DNA of 63,933 nt, filler included, from Aduncisulcus paluster (taxonomy: Eukaryota): NCBI GenBank assembly GCA_024181965.1. It is 36 parts of 36 records of this genome, joined end to end, with 100 filler letters (N's around TTAATTAATTAA, not from the genome) between each part and the next. Parts side by side here need not be neighbours in the genome. Positions count along the whole stretch, not along the records: positions 49,919 to 50,994 come from BQXS01000873.1; positions 51,095 to 52,658 come from BQXS01000879.1; positions 52,759 to 53,875 come from BQXS01000880.1; positions 53,976 to 55,161 come from BQXS01000884.1; positions 55,262 to 56,305 come from BQXS01000889.1; positions 56,406 to 57,833 come from BQXS01000890.1; positions 57,934 to 59,701 come from BQXS01000891.1; positions 59,802 to 61,255 come from BQXS01000893.1; 28 more parts are not named here. One strand, 5' to 3'. The notes below the pieces were generated by a model. That model saw only the letters and a list, made by a program, of their open reading frames with translations, was not told the DNA's origin and did no database searches. The number at the start of each line of letters is the position of its first letter. Positions within the stretch are counted from its first letter, which is position 1. Of this stretch, positions 49,819 to 62,869 are shown piece by piece. The position numbers were made by a program, and so were the translations under genes.

Positions 49819-50405
49819 NNNNNNNNNNNNNNNNNNNNNNNNNNNNNNNNNNNNNNNNNNNNTTAATTAATTAANNNNNNNNNNNNNNNNNNNNNNNNNN
49901 NNNNNNNNNNNNNNNNNNGGCATTCCTGGAGTCTTATCTTCAAGCCTGGAATAAAATCTTGCCAAGTTCCCCCTTGGACAATTAAAACCGCTTCTCCACA
50001 CAAAGAGAAGTCTTCACAGCTACGTCGCCTCTCTACACTTATAATTTAAGACCTCGGACCCCTGAGGGATAATATTCAATATAATTGTCCCTCCACACAT
50101 AACAGATTCCTTCCAAAGTGGGATCTGTTTTCTTCCGTCTCTCCTACAAAGACCCTACAGGTAGAAGATTGGCTTGTATCATCCTAACGTGATCACGTCC
50201 ACTTCCACCGGTCTTTAGAGACTTATACCTAGTGCTTCAAACACTAAATTGATCAATTTGTGGTAATCCACACTATAATAAACCTTTAAGTGAGAATACC
50301 ATTGGTCTGGTGAGGCAATTTACTATAATAATACGATGTATATGACATATCTTGTCATATGTCATCAGACAGGCTACAGTTGTCTGCTAACAATATACAT
50401 AAAAG

Positions 50406-50478
50406 CAGTGACAATGGGACTTGAACCCACGCCTTCAGCATACGAGCTGGCATAGTCAACCATCTAGACTATAATACC
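50406..50478 (-). pseudogene. tRNA-like sequence (degenerate tRNA or tRNA-derived element)
   Basis: Box A TAGTCTAGATGG, intact T-arm GTGGG-TTCAAGT-CCCAT and a downstream TTTT. The acceptor stem is mismatched and the anticodon loop is 6 nt. Confidence 0.6.
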
Positions 50479-50714
50479 AATTGTAACATTTTTGTTATCA
50501 TATATAAAACCTGATCACAACAAAAGGTTCACATTGGGTTCCGGAAACAAAATGACGTTGTCAAAAATAAAATATAATAATTTATATAGATAGAATAATC
50601 TTTATTGAAATACTTTGTCCTTGCATAAAGCTTTGTTGTCAAGCAAGATCATGTCAAAAATCATCATATTAATCACCCAAAATTGCAGTATATCAAAGCC
50701 AGATTTGAGTACAA

Positions 50715-50994
50715 ATGGAGCATATTTTTAGCTATTTAAGTAATGCTAAAAGAGGAAAAAGATATGTCTGGGAGATATATCGAGAGGTAGTTGGTGGGTT
50801 AACCAAAGAGAAAAAGAAGAAAATATTGAAACATTTGAAACGAAACATAGAAGAAAATTTTCGGTTTCCAAAAGGAGAAGAGAGCTCTTACATTCGATGC
50901 ATTAGGTGTAAAACCAATTTAAAGACTCTAGCTTCTCTTTCTTATCACATAATTTCCCTACATCATAATCTTAAATGCCAGAGAATCGTTCAAC
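50715..50994 (+). CDS. C2H2 zinc-finger protein, 5' part
   Basis: CIRC-x12-H-x4-H. Confidence 0.55.
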
Positions 50995-51094
50995 NNNNNN
51001 NNNNNNNNNNNNNNNNNNNNNNNNNNNNNNNNNNNNNNTTAATTAATTAANNNNNNNNNNNNNNNNNNNNNNNNNNNNNNNNNNNNNNNNNNNN

Positions 51095-51238
51095 GGAAGC
51101 AGGAACTATTTACACGGGGAAGCAGGAACTATTTACACGGGGAAGCAGGAACTATTGACATGGGGAAGCAGGAACTATTGACATGGGGAAGCAGGAACTA
51201 TTGACATGGGGAAGCAGGAACTATTGACATGGGGAAGC
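51095..51238. repeat. 23-bp minisatellite GGAAGCAGGAACTATT(T/G)ACA(C/T)GG, ~6 copies
   Basis: Directly visible. Confidence 0.95.
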
Positions 51239-51520
51239 ATAGGTAAAAAAAAAAGGGAGAGGATGAAAAAATTATAAAAAAAACACCCTACCAACGGAAG
51301 GAGGAAAAGTTCTCTCTTCAAGAAAAAGGATAGCAAGAAATCTTGCCGTCTTGAAGACAAAAGAAAAACCTCCACTTTAAGGGAAAAGATTCATATCAGA
51401 ATAAGAAAAACCCTTGACAAAAACATAAAAAAAGAAGAAAAGCATAGGTCAGTACTTGACATGCGAATGATAACTTCGCAAATCATTGAATGATAACTGT
51501 TGTCTGAGACTGTTGCCTTA

Positions 51521-52244
51521 CATAGCCGCGCACTTTTGTCCGAAAATGGTCCGATTGGAGCATTACCCAGTTTTTTTAGTCCTTGTTCTGGGATCATAAT
51601 TTTGATCCGTTTTATTAGAGTAAAATTTTGATCATCTTAAGAGGAGCATTATAATGATCCAAAATGTAGGAGCATTATTTTGATCCCATGAAGTTGGATC
51701 ATATTTGGTCCGAAATTGGTCCAAAATCAATCTATTTTTAGATTCATAGAAAAAAAATATATATTGAGATATAGTTTCAAACAACCAGCCGTAAATCTGA
51801 ATTTTTGAAGAGAAAATACACGGCTAGCCGATGGTTCTTATCTCGAAATTGGCCGATGACGAGACTTGAACCAGGGCTTCACGAATAGGAGGATACCCAT
51901 CTACCACTACACTATGGAGAGTTACATAAATATTTTTTTGAAAAATAATAAGTGGAAAAAAAATCATATTTTATATCCTCTCAAAATCACTAATTTTAGT
52001 TTGGACCAAAAGTGGACCAAGAAGTTGGTCCGGATATATGAATCAAAATATAATCATGTTTTGATCCGAGATCAAATATGGACCATTTTGAAGTTTTGAT
52101 CAATATTGGAGCAAATATGATCAATGAAATGGGATCAAATTTAATCCATATTTACTTGAAGATCAGAATTGGATCAAATTTTGATCTGAGAAAATGCTCC
52201 ACAAATGATCTTGGACCATTTTCGGACAAAAGTGCGCGGCTATG
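51521..52244. mobile_element. 724-bp non-autonomous DNA transposon (MITE-like) with 32-bp perfect TIRs and TA on both flanks
   Basis: CATAGCCGCGCACTTTTGTCCGAAAATGGTCC at 51521-51552 and its reverse complement at 52213-52244; TA at 51519-20 and 52245-46; GATC/GGTCC-rich subterminal repeats. Confidence 0.9.
51851..51920 (-). other. tRNA-like Pol III A/B-box module inside the MITE
   Basis: TAGTGTAGTGG ... GGTTCAAGTC at tRNA-like spacing; stems are poor. Confidence 0.45.
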
Positions 52245-53498
52245 TAGAAAGAAAAAAAAAAAAAAAGAAAGCCAATTACATACCACGTAGACAAAACAAG
52301 AAAATTCCCGAGACTCCGACACTGGCCATTTCAAATGACAAGTTGTCAAAAAACACAAAAATTTTTTCTTTTCAAATACAAAAAAAATTCACAACGTTGA
52401 AAACACGTGTATTTTAAATTTATTGTATAAATAAAAATCGTAATCTTAAAAAATCTCTTTTCCCGTGTTTATTCAATGAAAATATTTGTCTTTCATTTTT
52501 CTAACCAACGGAGAGATATTTGCAAACAATTAAAGTAGAATGAGTATGTATAATGAACTATTTTTCATTTTTTATTTTTATAATCTGTTTTAAAATTTAC
52601 AAATGTATGCACAATGTCATGACAACTTCTTACAACTAGAAAGGAGATTTTCTAGGGANNNNNNNNNNNNNNNNNNNNNNNNNNNNNNNNNNNNNNNNNN
52701 NNTTAATTAATTAANNNNNNNNNNNNNNNNNNNNNNNNNNNNNNNNNNNNNNNNNNNNAATAAATCCAGGTATTATCTAATGCAACAAAAAGACACTCGA
52801 ATCTGAAAGTCGGCAATGACATTGGTGGACCCGGCGACAATCCGTTTCAATGCACATGAAATGCGGCAGTATACACACAATAAGGCTTTTATTGTGAACT
52901 TTACTTACGATACAGACACCAACACGAAATCATCCATATGGGTCGGATTGAGTGAAGAATGGTGTATTTTATAGGTACTCTCTGCTTCTAAGATGGAATA
53001 TTTTATTTGAATTGTCCATAAAATCTTCACATTTCCTTAACAATGACGCGGAAAGAGACATCTGTGTTTTACGCGATTATGATCATGAAATTAAGGATAT
53101 CTCCACTCTCCCTCCCTTTTTTTGTCTCCACATTAAAGACATGTAACAATTCTATATCGTGTGTGATATGATATATAATGAAAATAATGAAGGACGGATT
53201 GTTGATTTGGTGGAAGTGAGATGTATCGACTCATATCAAAGAGGGCATGATTCATATAACGATAATATTTCAAATGACACTAGACATCGATGGATCACAT
53301 ATCAGTGTGAATATTCTTTGCGGATATGTGTGACCAAGAAAGGGCGAGTTCCAATCCTGATTCATTCGTTGGTGATAAGTTTTGTTTTTTCTTTCAATAA
53401 CACTTTATCTATTTAGAACAAATCTGCAATTTATACATCCATTTCTATCCGTCTTAGCTTGTTCCATACCAGTAACAGCAGCAGACATCATTTATATA

Positions 53499-53838
53499 TC
53501 ACATCATGTCTTCTTCTGAAACCAAATTCCTCCCCATCCCAGGAATTGAAATGGTGGCTCCATCAAGCATTGGAGATACATGAAGGGCACACGCGAGACG
53601 AGAAGTATCAGTGGGTTTGGGAACAAAATCAAGAGTATCCTGTTCATCTTCAGAGGCTGGTGCAAGGGCATCGAAATGACCCTTATCAAGAACAATATGA
53701 CATGTTCCACACGCCATGTTACCTTCACAAGCACTCACAATGGGAATGCCCGCACGTTTGATGGCGGACATGACAGATTCATTGTCACGACCAGAAACAG
53801 AATGGGAAGAACCATCAGAAGCGATCACATTAAATGTA
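53499..53838 (-). CDS. Adrenodoxin-type [2Fe-2S] ferredoxin, 3' exon
   Basis: C-x5-C-x2-C (ACEGNMACGTCH), EQDTLD, SRLAC. Upstream are an AG acceptor (53839-40) and CTAAC (53871-75). Confidence 0.92.
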
Positions 53839-53975
53839 CTACATATGAATAAAAATAAAAGATATTTTTTGTTAGNNNNNNNNNNNNNNNNNNNNNNNNN
53901 NNNNNNNNNNNNNNNNNNNTTAATTAATTAANNNNNNNNNNNNNNNNNNNNNNNNNNNNNNNNNNNNNNNNNNNN

Positions 53976-55161
53976 CAACCTCCTCAGGACAAGTCGCAGG
54001 TGAGGAGTGTATTGGGACTTTTTAACTTCTTTCGAAGCTTCATCCCCAATTATGCCAAGAAGGCAGCACCCATTCAGGCACTCACAAGAAAAAGTGTCAT
54101 GTTTAATTGGGACGACATTGTTCAAAAGAGATTTGAGGAAATCAAAAATGATATCAGGGAACGGACTCTCCTAGCTTTCATTGATTATGACAAGAACATA
54201 ATCATGCAAACGGATGCAAGTGACAATGCCATAGGAGGTGTTCTCTTACAAGAGGATTCAGAGGGCAGAATTGAGCCAATCACTTTCATTAGCAAGGTAC
54301 TTTCGGAACGTGAATCAAGATGGACAACAAATGAAAAAGAAGCATACGCTGTGAAATATTGTATCGAAAAATGTGAACATTATCTGAGGGGATGTAAATT
54401 CACATTACACACAGATCATGCAAACCTATTGTGGATGTCAGCAGCAAAGTCAAGAAAAGTTCAAAGATGGTGGACGTTTCTAGCAGAATTTGAGTTTGAT
54501 ATCGTTCACATCAAAGGCAGCTCAAACGTCGTCGCAGACGCCCTATCTCGGGTGGGAGTGTGTTTAAAGCTCAGAAAACTTTGCATAAACACGACACCTC
54601 TATTGGACAAGATCAAAGAGTGCCAACCTTTGTTCACCGAGTCAGAAAGGAAAGCTTATGATCTAATTGATGGTTTCTTTGTTGACAAACATCACCGGAG
54701 AGTCATTCCAAAGAAAGCTCGTACTGTCATGAAGGAAGCATTTGACTTGTTTCACTCAGCAACTGCAGGACATCACGGAGCGATGATGACTCAGTTCAAA
54801 ATCAATGAGGAAGGCATCACTTGGGCCTCTATAGCCAATGACATTCGTACATGGATCTCGTCTTGTGTCACGTGTAAAAAAATCAAAGCCTCTCCGAAGA
54901 AGTCTATCACTCGTTTCAGAACTCAAGCAGAAGAACCCTTTCATACCATTTGTGTTGACACAATGGGTCCATTTCCCACTTCAGCTTCAGGTTACAAACA
55001 CATACTTGTAATTGTTGACAAGTTTACACGTTGGGTGGAACTGAAAGCCCTCAAGACCCTTGAGACGGCTGAAGCTACCTCAGCTATAATGAATCGTGTC
55101 GTGGCTCGTTTTGGTCTTCCGATGAACATTGTGTCTGATGGGGCGAAACAATTTTCATGTT
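53976..55161 (+). mobile_element. Ty3/Gypsy pol fragment (RT thumb, RNase H, integrase)
   Basis: TDAS, EKEA, TDH, ADALSR, GHHG..CVTC, VDTMGP, SDG. Confidence 0.95.
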
Positions 55162-55261
55162 NNNNNNNNNNNNNNNNNNNNNNNNNNNNNNNNNNNNNNN
55201 NNNNNTTAATTAATTAANNNNNNNNNNNNNNNNNNNNNNNNNNNNNNNNNNNNNNNNNNNN

Positions 55262-55574
55262 AGCAAAAAATAGAATTCTAAAAAATAGATTTATGGCACT
55301 AAACCATGGATATGAATGGAACCAAGAGAGTAAAGTTTTACAGTTAGAAACACAAAAAATAGAACTCACAAACAATGAAAAAGCATTTGTAGAGATACTT
55401 GTGTTGAAACTGAACCACAGCGTTTCTTATGAAGAGATACACAACTATGTGTATAACTTAGAAGAATACTCACAAGATGCTATTTTTTCATTAGCAAAAA
55501 GAGTAAGAAAAAAAACAACAAAAGATTTGATCAAATCGTGTTTTAAATATGGCTATGTGTTAGAGGCAAAGTAG
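55262..55574 (+). CDS. OmpR-type response regulator, winged-helix C-terminus
   Basis: IELTNNE, VSYEEI, KRVRKK, YGY. Confidence 0.85.
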
Positions 55575-55587
55575 GTTTTAATGGTTT

Positions 55588-55633
55588 AAAAAAAGGTCAA
55601 GCTAAAGTATCTCTACTTTTTACTTGACCTTTA
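55588..55633. terminator. Putative bidirectional terminator
   Basis: AAAAGGTCAAG...CTTGACCTTT hairpin between convergent genes. Confidence 0.65.
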
Positions 55634-55668
55634 TAATCGTGTGTATAGATTGTATAATTTAATTTCTA

Positions 55669-56305
55669 TTATGGCCAAGTAGGCTCAGTACCACCACCCC
55701 AACTATCAGAAAAATATGTATGATTTGTTACATTAGAAACATCCCAAGCGGATAAATCTTGATTAAATGCTGTTGCCCTTCTAAACATACTGTACATACT
55801 AGTTACACTTGAAGTATCACTAAAAGTTAAGGATTGATTAAATGCAGTTGCGTCAGTAAACATACCACTCATACTAGTTACACTAGAAGTGTCAAAAGTC
55901 AAAGGTTGATTAAGAGATGATGCTTCAATAAACATTTGTCTCATAGTTGTTACATTAGAAGTGTTCCAATTTAAAGATTGGTTAAATGCTGTAGCACCCT
56001 TAAACATATAAGACATATCAGTTACACTAGAAGTATTCCAATTTAAAGGTTGATTAAATACAGAAGCTCCGTTAAACATATAAGACATATCAGTTACACT
56101 AGAAGTATCAAAAGCTAAAGGTTGATTAAATGCTATTGCATCTTGAAACATATATTTCATATTAGTTACACTAGAGGTATCACTGAAAGTTAAAGGTTGA
56201 TTAAATGCTGTTACACCATTAAACATATTGTACATGGTAGTTACATTAGAAGTATCAAAAGTTAAAGGTTGATTAAATGCAGTTGCATCTTGAAACATCT
56301 GACTC
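55669..56305 (-). CDS. BspA/DUF285 surface repeat protein, C-terminus
   Basis: Repeated FNQPL..DTSSVT.M..MF units. Confidence 0.93.
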
Positions 56306-56405
56306 NNNNNNNNNNNNNNNNNNNNNNNNNNNNNNNNNNNNNNNNNNNNTTAATTAATTAANNNNNNNNNNNNNNNNNNNNNNNNNNNNNNNNNNNNNNN
56401 NNNNN

Positions 56406-56663
56406 ATCCTTAAAAGCAGGTTTTCTGATATCTTGAATAATAATATTATAATTTAAAATATCAAAAATAGTATCTATCTCTTTTTTAAGTGTTTTTCTCT
56501 TGTTTTCATAATATTCTTTTACAAAACTATCCATCTGAGTATCAAAGTTTTTATATGTGTTATCTATGTAGAAATAAGATATCATAAACACTAAACTAGA
56601 CATAATGATACTAAAAATATAAATAATAACTTTTGATAAGTTCTTTTCGGTAATTAAATTCAA
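56406..56663 (-). CDS. Cache-domain membrane sensor, N-terminus
   Basis: One TM helix followed by a coiled helix; divergent from a response regulator. Confidence 0.6.
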
Positions 56664-56723
56664 GTTTACGCCTATAATCTTCTTTATGCTATCATATCAT
56701 AATTTTACTAATAAGGATTTATC

Positions 56724-57428
56724 ATTAAAAATAATAATTTTATTGGCAAACTCAAAGCCTTTTCTGTACTCTATGTTGAAGATGATGATGGCATTAGAAA
56801 AAATATTGAAGAGGTATTAAGTCATCTATTTAAAAATACCTTTGCAGCAAAAGATGCTGCTATAGCTTATGAATTATATTTAGAACATAAACCTGATTTA
56901 ATTATTACAGATATTAAAATGCCCAGAGAAAATGGTATAGAACTCATCAAAAGAATACGACTACATGACTCAAAAACAAGAGTAATCATAGCATCTGCAC
57001 ATACTGACTTGGAATATATGCTTGAAGCAACAAAGTTACATCTGATTAAATATATAATTAAACCTATGACAGAAGATAAACTAATGGAAGCTTTATTAGA
57101 CTTTATAAAGAGTCATACAAAAAACCATATCTACACCATTAACCATAACACACTTTACAATTACAATCAATCAACCATAACAACTGAACAAACAATATTT
57201 AACCTAACCAAAAAAGAAAATGAGTTTTTAAAAATGCTTATTACAAAAAATAGAATTATCACTTATGAAGAGATTGAAAATCAAATTTGGGACGATGAGT
57301 TTATTATGACACAAAATGCACTAAGACTGTTTATTAAAAATATTCGTAAGAAACTGCCTGCACAATCAATAAAAAACATTCAAGGGTCAGGATATAAAAT
57401 GATTCTTCCTAAAGAGGTTTTAGAATAA
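56724..57428 (+). CDS. OmpR-family response regulator with an apparent ATT start
   Basis: The open frame from ATT 56724 contains the full receiver (VLYVEDD, IITDIKMP, YIIKP). SD AAGGA upstream; in-frame TAA at 56712. Confidence 0.88.
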   Translation: MKNNNFIGKLKAFSVLYVEDDDGIRKNIEEVLSHLFKNTFAAKDAAIAYELYLEHKPDLIITDIKMPRENGIELIKRIRLHDSKTRVIIASAHTDLEYMLEATKLHLIKYIIKPMTEDKLMEALLDFIKSHTKNHIYTINHNTLYNYNQSTITTEQTIFNLTKKENEFLKMLITKNRIITYEEIENQIWDDEFIMTQNALRLFIKNIRKKLPAQSIKNIQGSGYKMILPKEVLE

Positions 57429-57506
57429 TATAAATTTAAGTTTTTTTACATAATTGTTACATAACTTTTAACTATACTTTTTCATATACAAAATTAAGGA
57501 GAAAAA

Positions 57507-57833
57507 ATGAAAAAATTAGTAAACGGATTAGTATCAGGAATGGTAGTATCTTCAGTATTGCTTATGACTGGATGTGGGGATAAGAAAGAAGATACAACTT
57601 CAAATAGTTCAACAGACACAGCTAAAGCACCATATGTGTTAAAATTTTCACATGTTGTAAGTCCAAATACACCAAAAGGGAAAGCTGCAGACTTCTTTGA
57701 AAAAAGACTTGAAGAGTTATCTGGTGGAAAAATTGATGTACAAGTATACCCATCATCTCAGTTATATAAAGATAATGCAGTTTTAAAAGCACTCACTTTA
57801 GATTCTGTTCAAATGGCAGCACCAAGTTTTTCT
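57507..57833 (+). CDS. dctP: TRAP transporter solute-binding protein DctP, 5' part
   Basis: Lipoprotein signal MTGC; KFSHVV..NTPKG; VYPSSQL. Confidence 0.92.
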
Positions 57834-57933
57834 NNNNNNNNNNNNNNNNNNNNNNNNNNNNNNNNNNNNNNNNNNNNTTAATTAATTAANNNNNNNNNNN
57901 NNNNNNNNNNNNNNNNNNNNNNNNNNNNNNNNN

Positions 57934-59701
<1,768 letters not shown>

Positions 59702-59801
59702 NNNNNNNNNNNNNNNNNNNNNNNNNNNNNNNNNNNNNNNNNNNNTTAATTAATTAANNNNNNNNNNNNNNNNNNNNNNNNNNNNNNNNNNNNNNNNNNN
59801 N

Positions 59802-60308
59802 TCTTTGAGAATACTCTTGACCTTGTTCTACTTTTTGTACATTTTTTTTGTACTCGACTGGATTTCCTAACCCATAGTTAGCAGAAACGGAAGCGACACA
59901 AATGATATCCTCAAAACTCAAAAGAGAAGTGGTAGTGCTCAAACGCAATCTTTCTAGTTCACTATTTATAGAACTATCTTTTTCAATAAAAAGGTCACTT
60001 CGTGGTATATACGCTTCAGGCTGATAATAATCATAATAAGAGATGAAATATTCGACATGATTATCAGGAAAAAAACCTCTAAATTCTGAGTATATCTGAG
60101 CTGCCAAAGTTTTATTGTGAGTCATGATAAGTGTAGGCATCTGAGTAGCTTCGATAACCTTAGCCATCGTGTAGGTTTTACCTGAACCTGTTACACCTAA
60201 AAGAGTGTTGTATTTATTACCACTAATTATACTAGCAGTTAATTTTTCGATAGCTTCTGGTTGGTCTCCTGCTGGAGAATATTCTGTATGTACTTTAAAT
60301 GGTGTCAT
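59802..60308 (-). CDS. uvrB: Excinuclease ABC subunit B, 5' part
   Basis: [23 protein letters not shown]. Confidence 0.98.
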
Positions 60309-60521
60309 GGAAAATATTATATCGAAATGTGTTTATTGTTTTGATAAATATTGCAAAGTGTTATTGTTGTTAGTTTTAATATGAAGGAAAGTATTTAATA
60401 TAAAAAATAAAATTACAAGAAAATCAATTTTACGACTTTTATGTATTTTTAATTATAAAGTCTGAATTAGATATAATAGCTTTAATAATATCTTAACTTC
60501 GGTGAGTAAAGGAAAAATATC

Positions 60522-61255
60522 ATTAATTCAATTGACAAAATATTCGAAGAAAATTTCTTCAATCAGATTCTTTTAAACTCGATTCCTATACCTATTTTTT
60601 ATAAAAACATTAATGGGTGTTATAAGGGATTTAACAAGGCTTTTGAAGATTTTTTTGGTACAACAAGAGAAGATTTAATTGACAAAAGTGTATTTGATAT
60701 AAGTCCAAATGAACTTGCAGAAGTATATCATGCAAAAGATCAAGTGTTATTTGATGAAACAACTACACAAGTATATGAATCACAGGTGAAAAATTCACAA
60801 GGTATCATTCTGGATGNNNNNNNNNNNNNNNNNNNNNNNNNNNNNNNNNNNNNNNNNNNNNNNNNNNNNNNNNNNNNNNNNNNNNNNNNNNNNNNNNNNN
60901 NNNNNNNNNNNNNNNNNNNNNNNNNNNNNNNTATTATTGGACTAATTGGCGTTGTATTAGATATCACAGAAAAAAATAGACTAATTAGAGAACGAGATGA
61001 AATAGCAAAGAGAGCAGGGAAGTTTTTTGAACAATCTATTAATTTATTATTAGTAAGTGATTTTGATGCGAATATTTTAGAAATCAATACAGCAATTAAA
61101 AGAATCTTTGATTATGATGAATCTGAGGTTATAGGTGCTTCATTTTTGGATTTAGTTCATCCTGAAGATGTCGAAAATACAGTATTAGAAATGAAAAAAT
61201 TAATTGATGGACAAAGAGTAGATTATTTTGAAAATAGATATCGACATAAAAATGG
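60522..61255 (+). CDS. Multi-PAS-domain signalling protein with an apparent ATT start
   Basis: The open frame from ATT 60522 includes PAS motifs SIPIPIFYK..N.AF and VHPED. SD AAGGA upstream; in-frame TAA at 60507. Confidence 0.82.
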
Positions 61256-61355
61256 NNNNNNNNNNNNNNNNNNNNNNNNNNNNNNNNNNNNNNNNNNNNT
61301 TAATTAATTAANNNNNNNNNNNNNNNNNNNNNNNNNNNNNNNNNNNNNNNNNNNN

Positions 61356-61441
61356 AAAAAATGATTTTGGACGCAGGATTTTCAAACTTTGACTGTATTT
61401 TCAAGTGGGTGAATTTTGCTACTTTTGTAGCGATTAAGTAA
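61356..61441 (+). CDS. Carboxy-SAM synthase CmoA-like C-terminus
   Basis: MILDAGFSNFDCIFKWVNFATFVAIK*. Confidence 0.65.
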
Positions 61442-61620
61442 TAAACAATATAAAAACTTAAAAGGACTAAAAGTTTTTATATTTTAATTATCATTGTTAA
61501 ATTTCGTACTGAAAGTATAAGAAATGAAAATGAAATGAAAATGAAATGTAGAATATTGTAAAACTTTCTCTCTACACTTACTTCCTGATGTTCAAAATTA
61601 TTAATCACTAGTTAAAAAGA

Positions 61621-62703
61621 TTAATTTTTATGATTTATCGTATATTTCGTACCTCTTCCTCTTGTTCCTTCAATTTTTTTGATACAAGCTTTTTCAAGTA
61701 AATCACTTAGGTCTCTTGATGCATTTGTTTCTGCAGTATTAGCAATTTTTACATATTTTTTCTTTGTTAAATCACCTTTAAAATTCTCACTACCTATATC
61801 TAAAAATCTATTTAGTACTTTAATTTGTCTTGCATTTAATTCATCATCTCTATGATCATCCCAAAACTTTGTTTTTTCAACAATGTATGATAATTGTTTT
61901 TGCGCATCCAATAAAGAGTGATGTAGAGTTTTAAAAAACCACTCCATCCAGTATGTAATGTCTAAAGGCTCATCTTTTTGAAATCTACCTGTTGTTTTGT
62001 CTAGTGCATTATAGTATTCTTTTCTATCTTCATAAATACTCTTTGACATAGTATAAATTTTTGAAAAAGAAGATTTTTCCAGTTTAGACAAAACTCTATC
62101 TGTTAAAGCTCTAGTTATACGACCATTTCCATCATCAAAAGGGTGAATAATTACAAACCAAAGATGTGTAATTGCTGCTTTTTCTAAAGAACTAGGTGCT
62201 TCATTAAACCATCTAATAAAACTATTCATCTCTTGATCTAATGTATCATAAGGTGGTGCTTCGTAATGAATCTTTTCCTTTCCATAATCACCTGATACAA
62301 CTTGCATAGAGCCATCACCTCTGAATTCGGCTACTTTTATTTTAGACAATCCGCTGTAACCCTTTTCAAACATTGCATGATGCCAAGCAAATATTTTTTC
62401 TAAATTTAAAGCTTCATTATAATTTGTATTTGCATCAATTAATATCTCTACATAATTGTCTTCTTTCCTAATAGCATTGTAATACTCATGTGATTCTAGT
62501 CCAAGTTTTTGTTTAATAGAAGAACGCACACTTTGTCTATTTAATATTTCACCTTCTATTTGACAACTAGCAATTATCTCATTTTCAAGGGTAGTAGCTA
62601 AAGAGTATTTTGTACTTTCTTGGTCCATCAAAAGCATAAAAGTTTTTAGCTTACCTTGCTCATATGCGATATCTCTTAATATTAGCGATAATTTATCTTT
62701 ATC
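61621..62703 (-). CDS. Fic family protein (DUF4172-Fic-HTH type)
   Basis: HPFDDGNGRITR, SCQIEGE and the C-terminal LNARQ/TASRDL HTH. Confidence 0.94.
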   Translation of the reverse strand, partial: DKDKLSLILRDIAYEQGKLKTFMLLMDQESTKYSLATTLENEIIASCQIEGEILNRQSVRSSIKQKLGLESHEYYNAIRKEDNYVEILIDANTNYNEALNLEKIFAWHHAMFEKGYSGLSKIKVAEFRGDGSMQVVSGDYGKEKIHYEAPPYDTLDQEMNSFIRWFNEAPSSLEKAAITHLWFVIIHPFDDGNGRITRALTDRVLSKLEKSSFSKIYTMSKSIYEDRKEYYNALDKTTGRFQKDEPLDITYWMEWFFKTLHHSLLDAQKQLSYIVEKTKFWDDHRDDELNARQIKVLNRFLDIGSENFKGDLTKKKYVKIANTAETNASRDLSDLLEKACIKKIEGTRGRGTKYTINHKN

Positions 62704-62869
62704 NNNNNNNNNNNNNNNNNNNNNNNNNNNNNNNNNNNNNNNNNNNNTTAATTAATTAANNNNNNNNNNNNNNNNNNNNNNNNNNNNNNNNNNNNNNNNN
62801 NNNAACATCATCATCATTAATGAAATATAACTGAGAAACGATATCTATGTATATTTGATTGGGTTTTGG

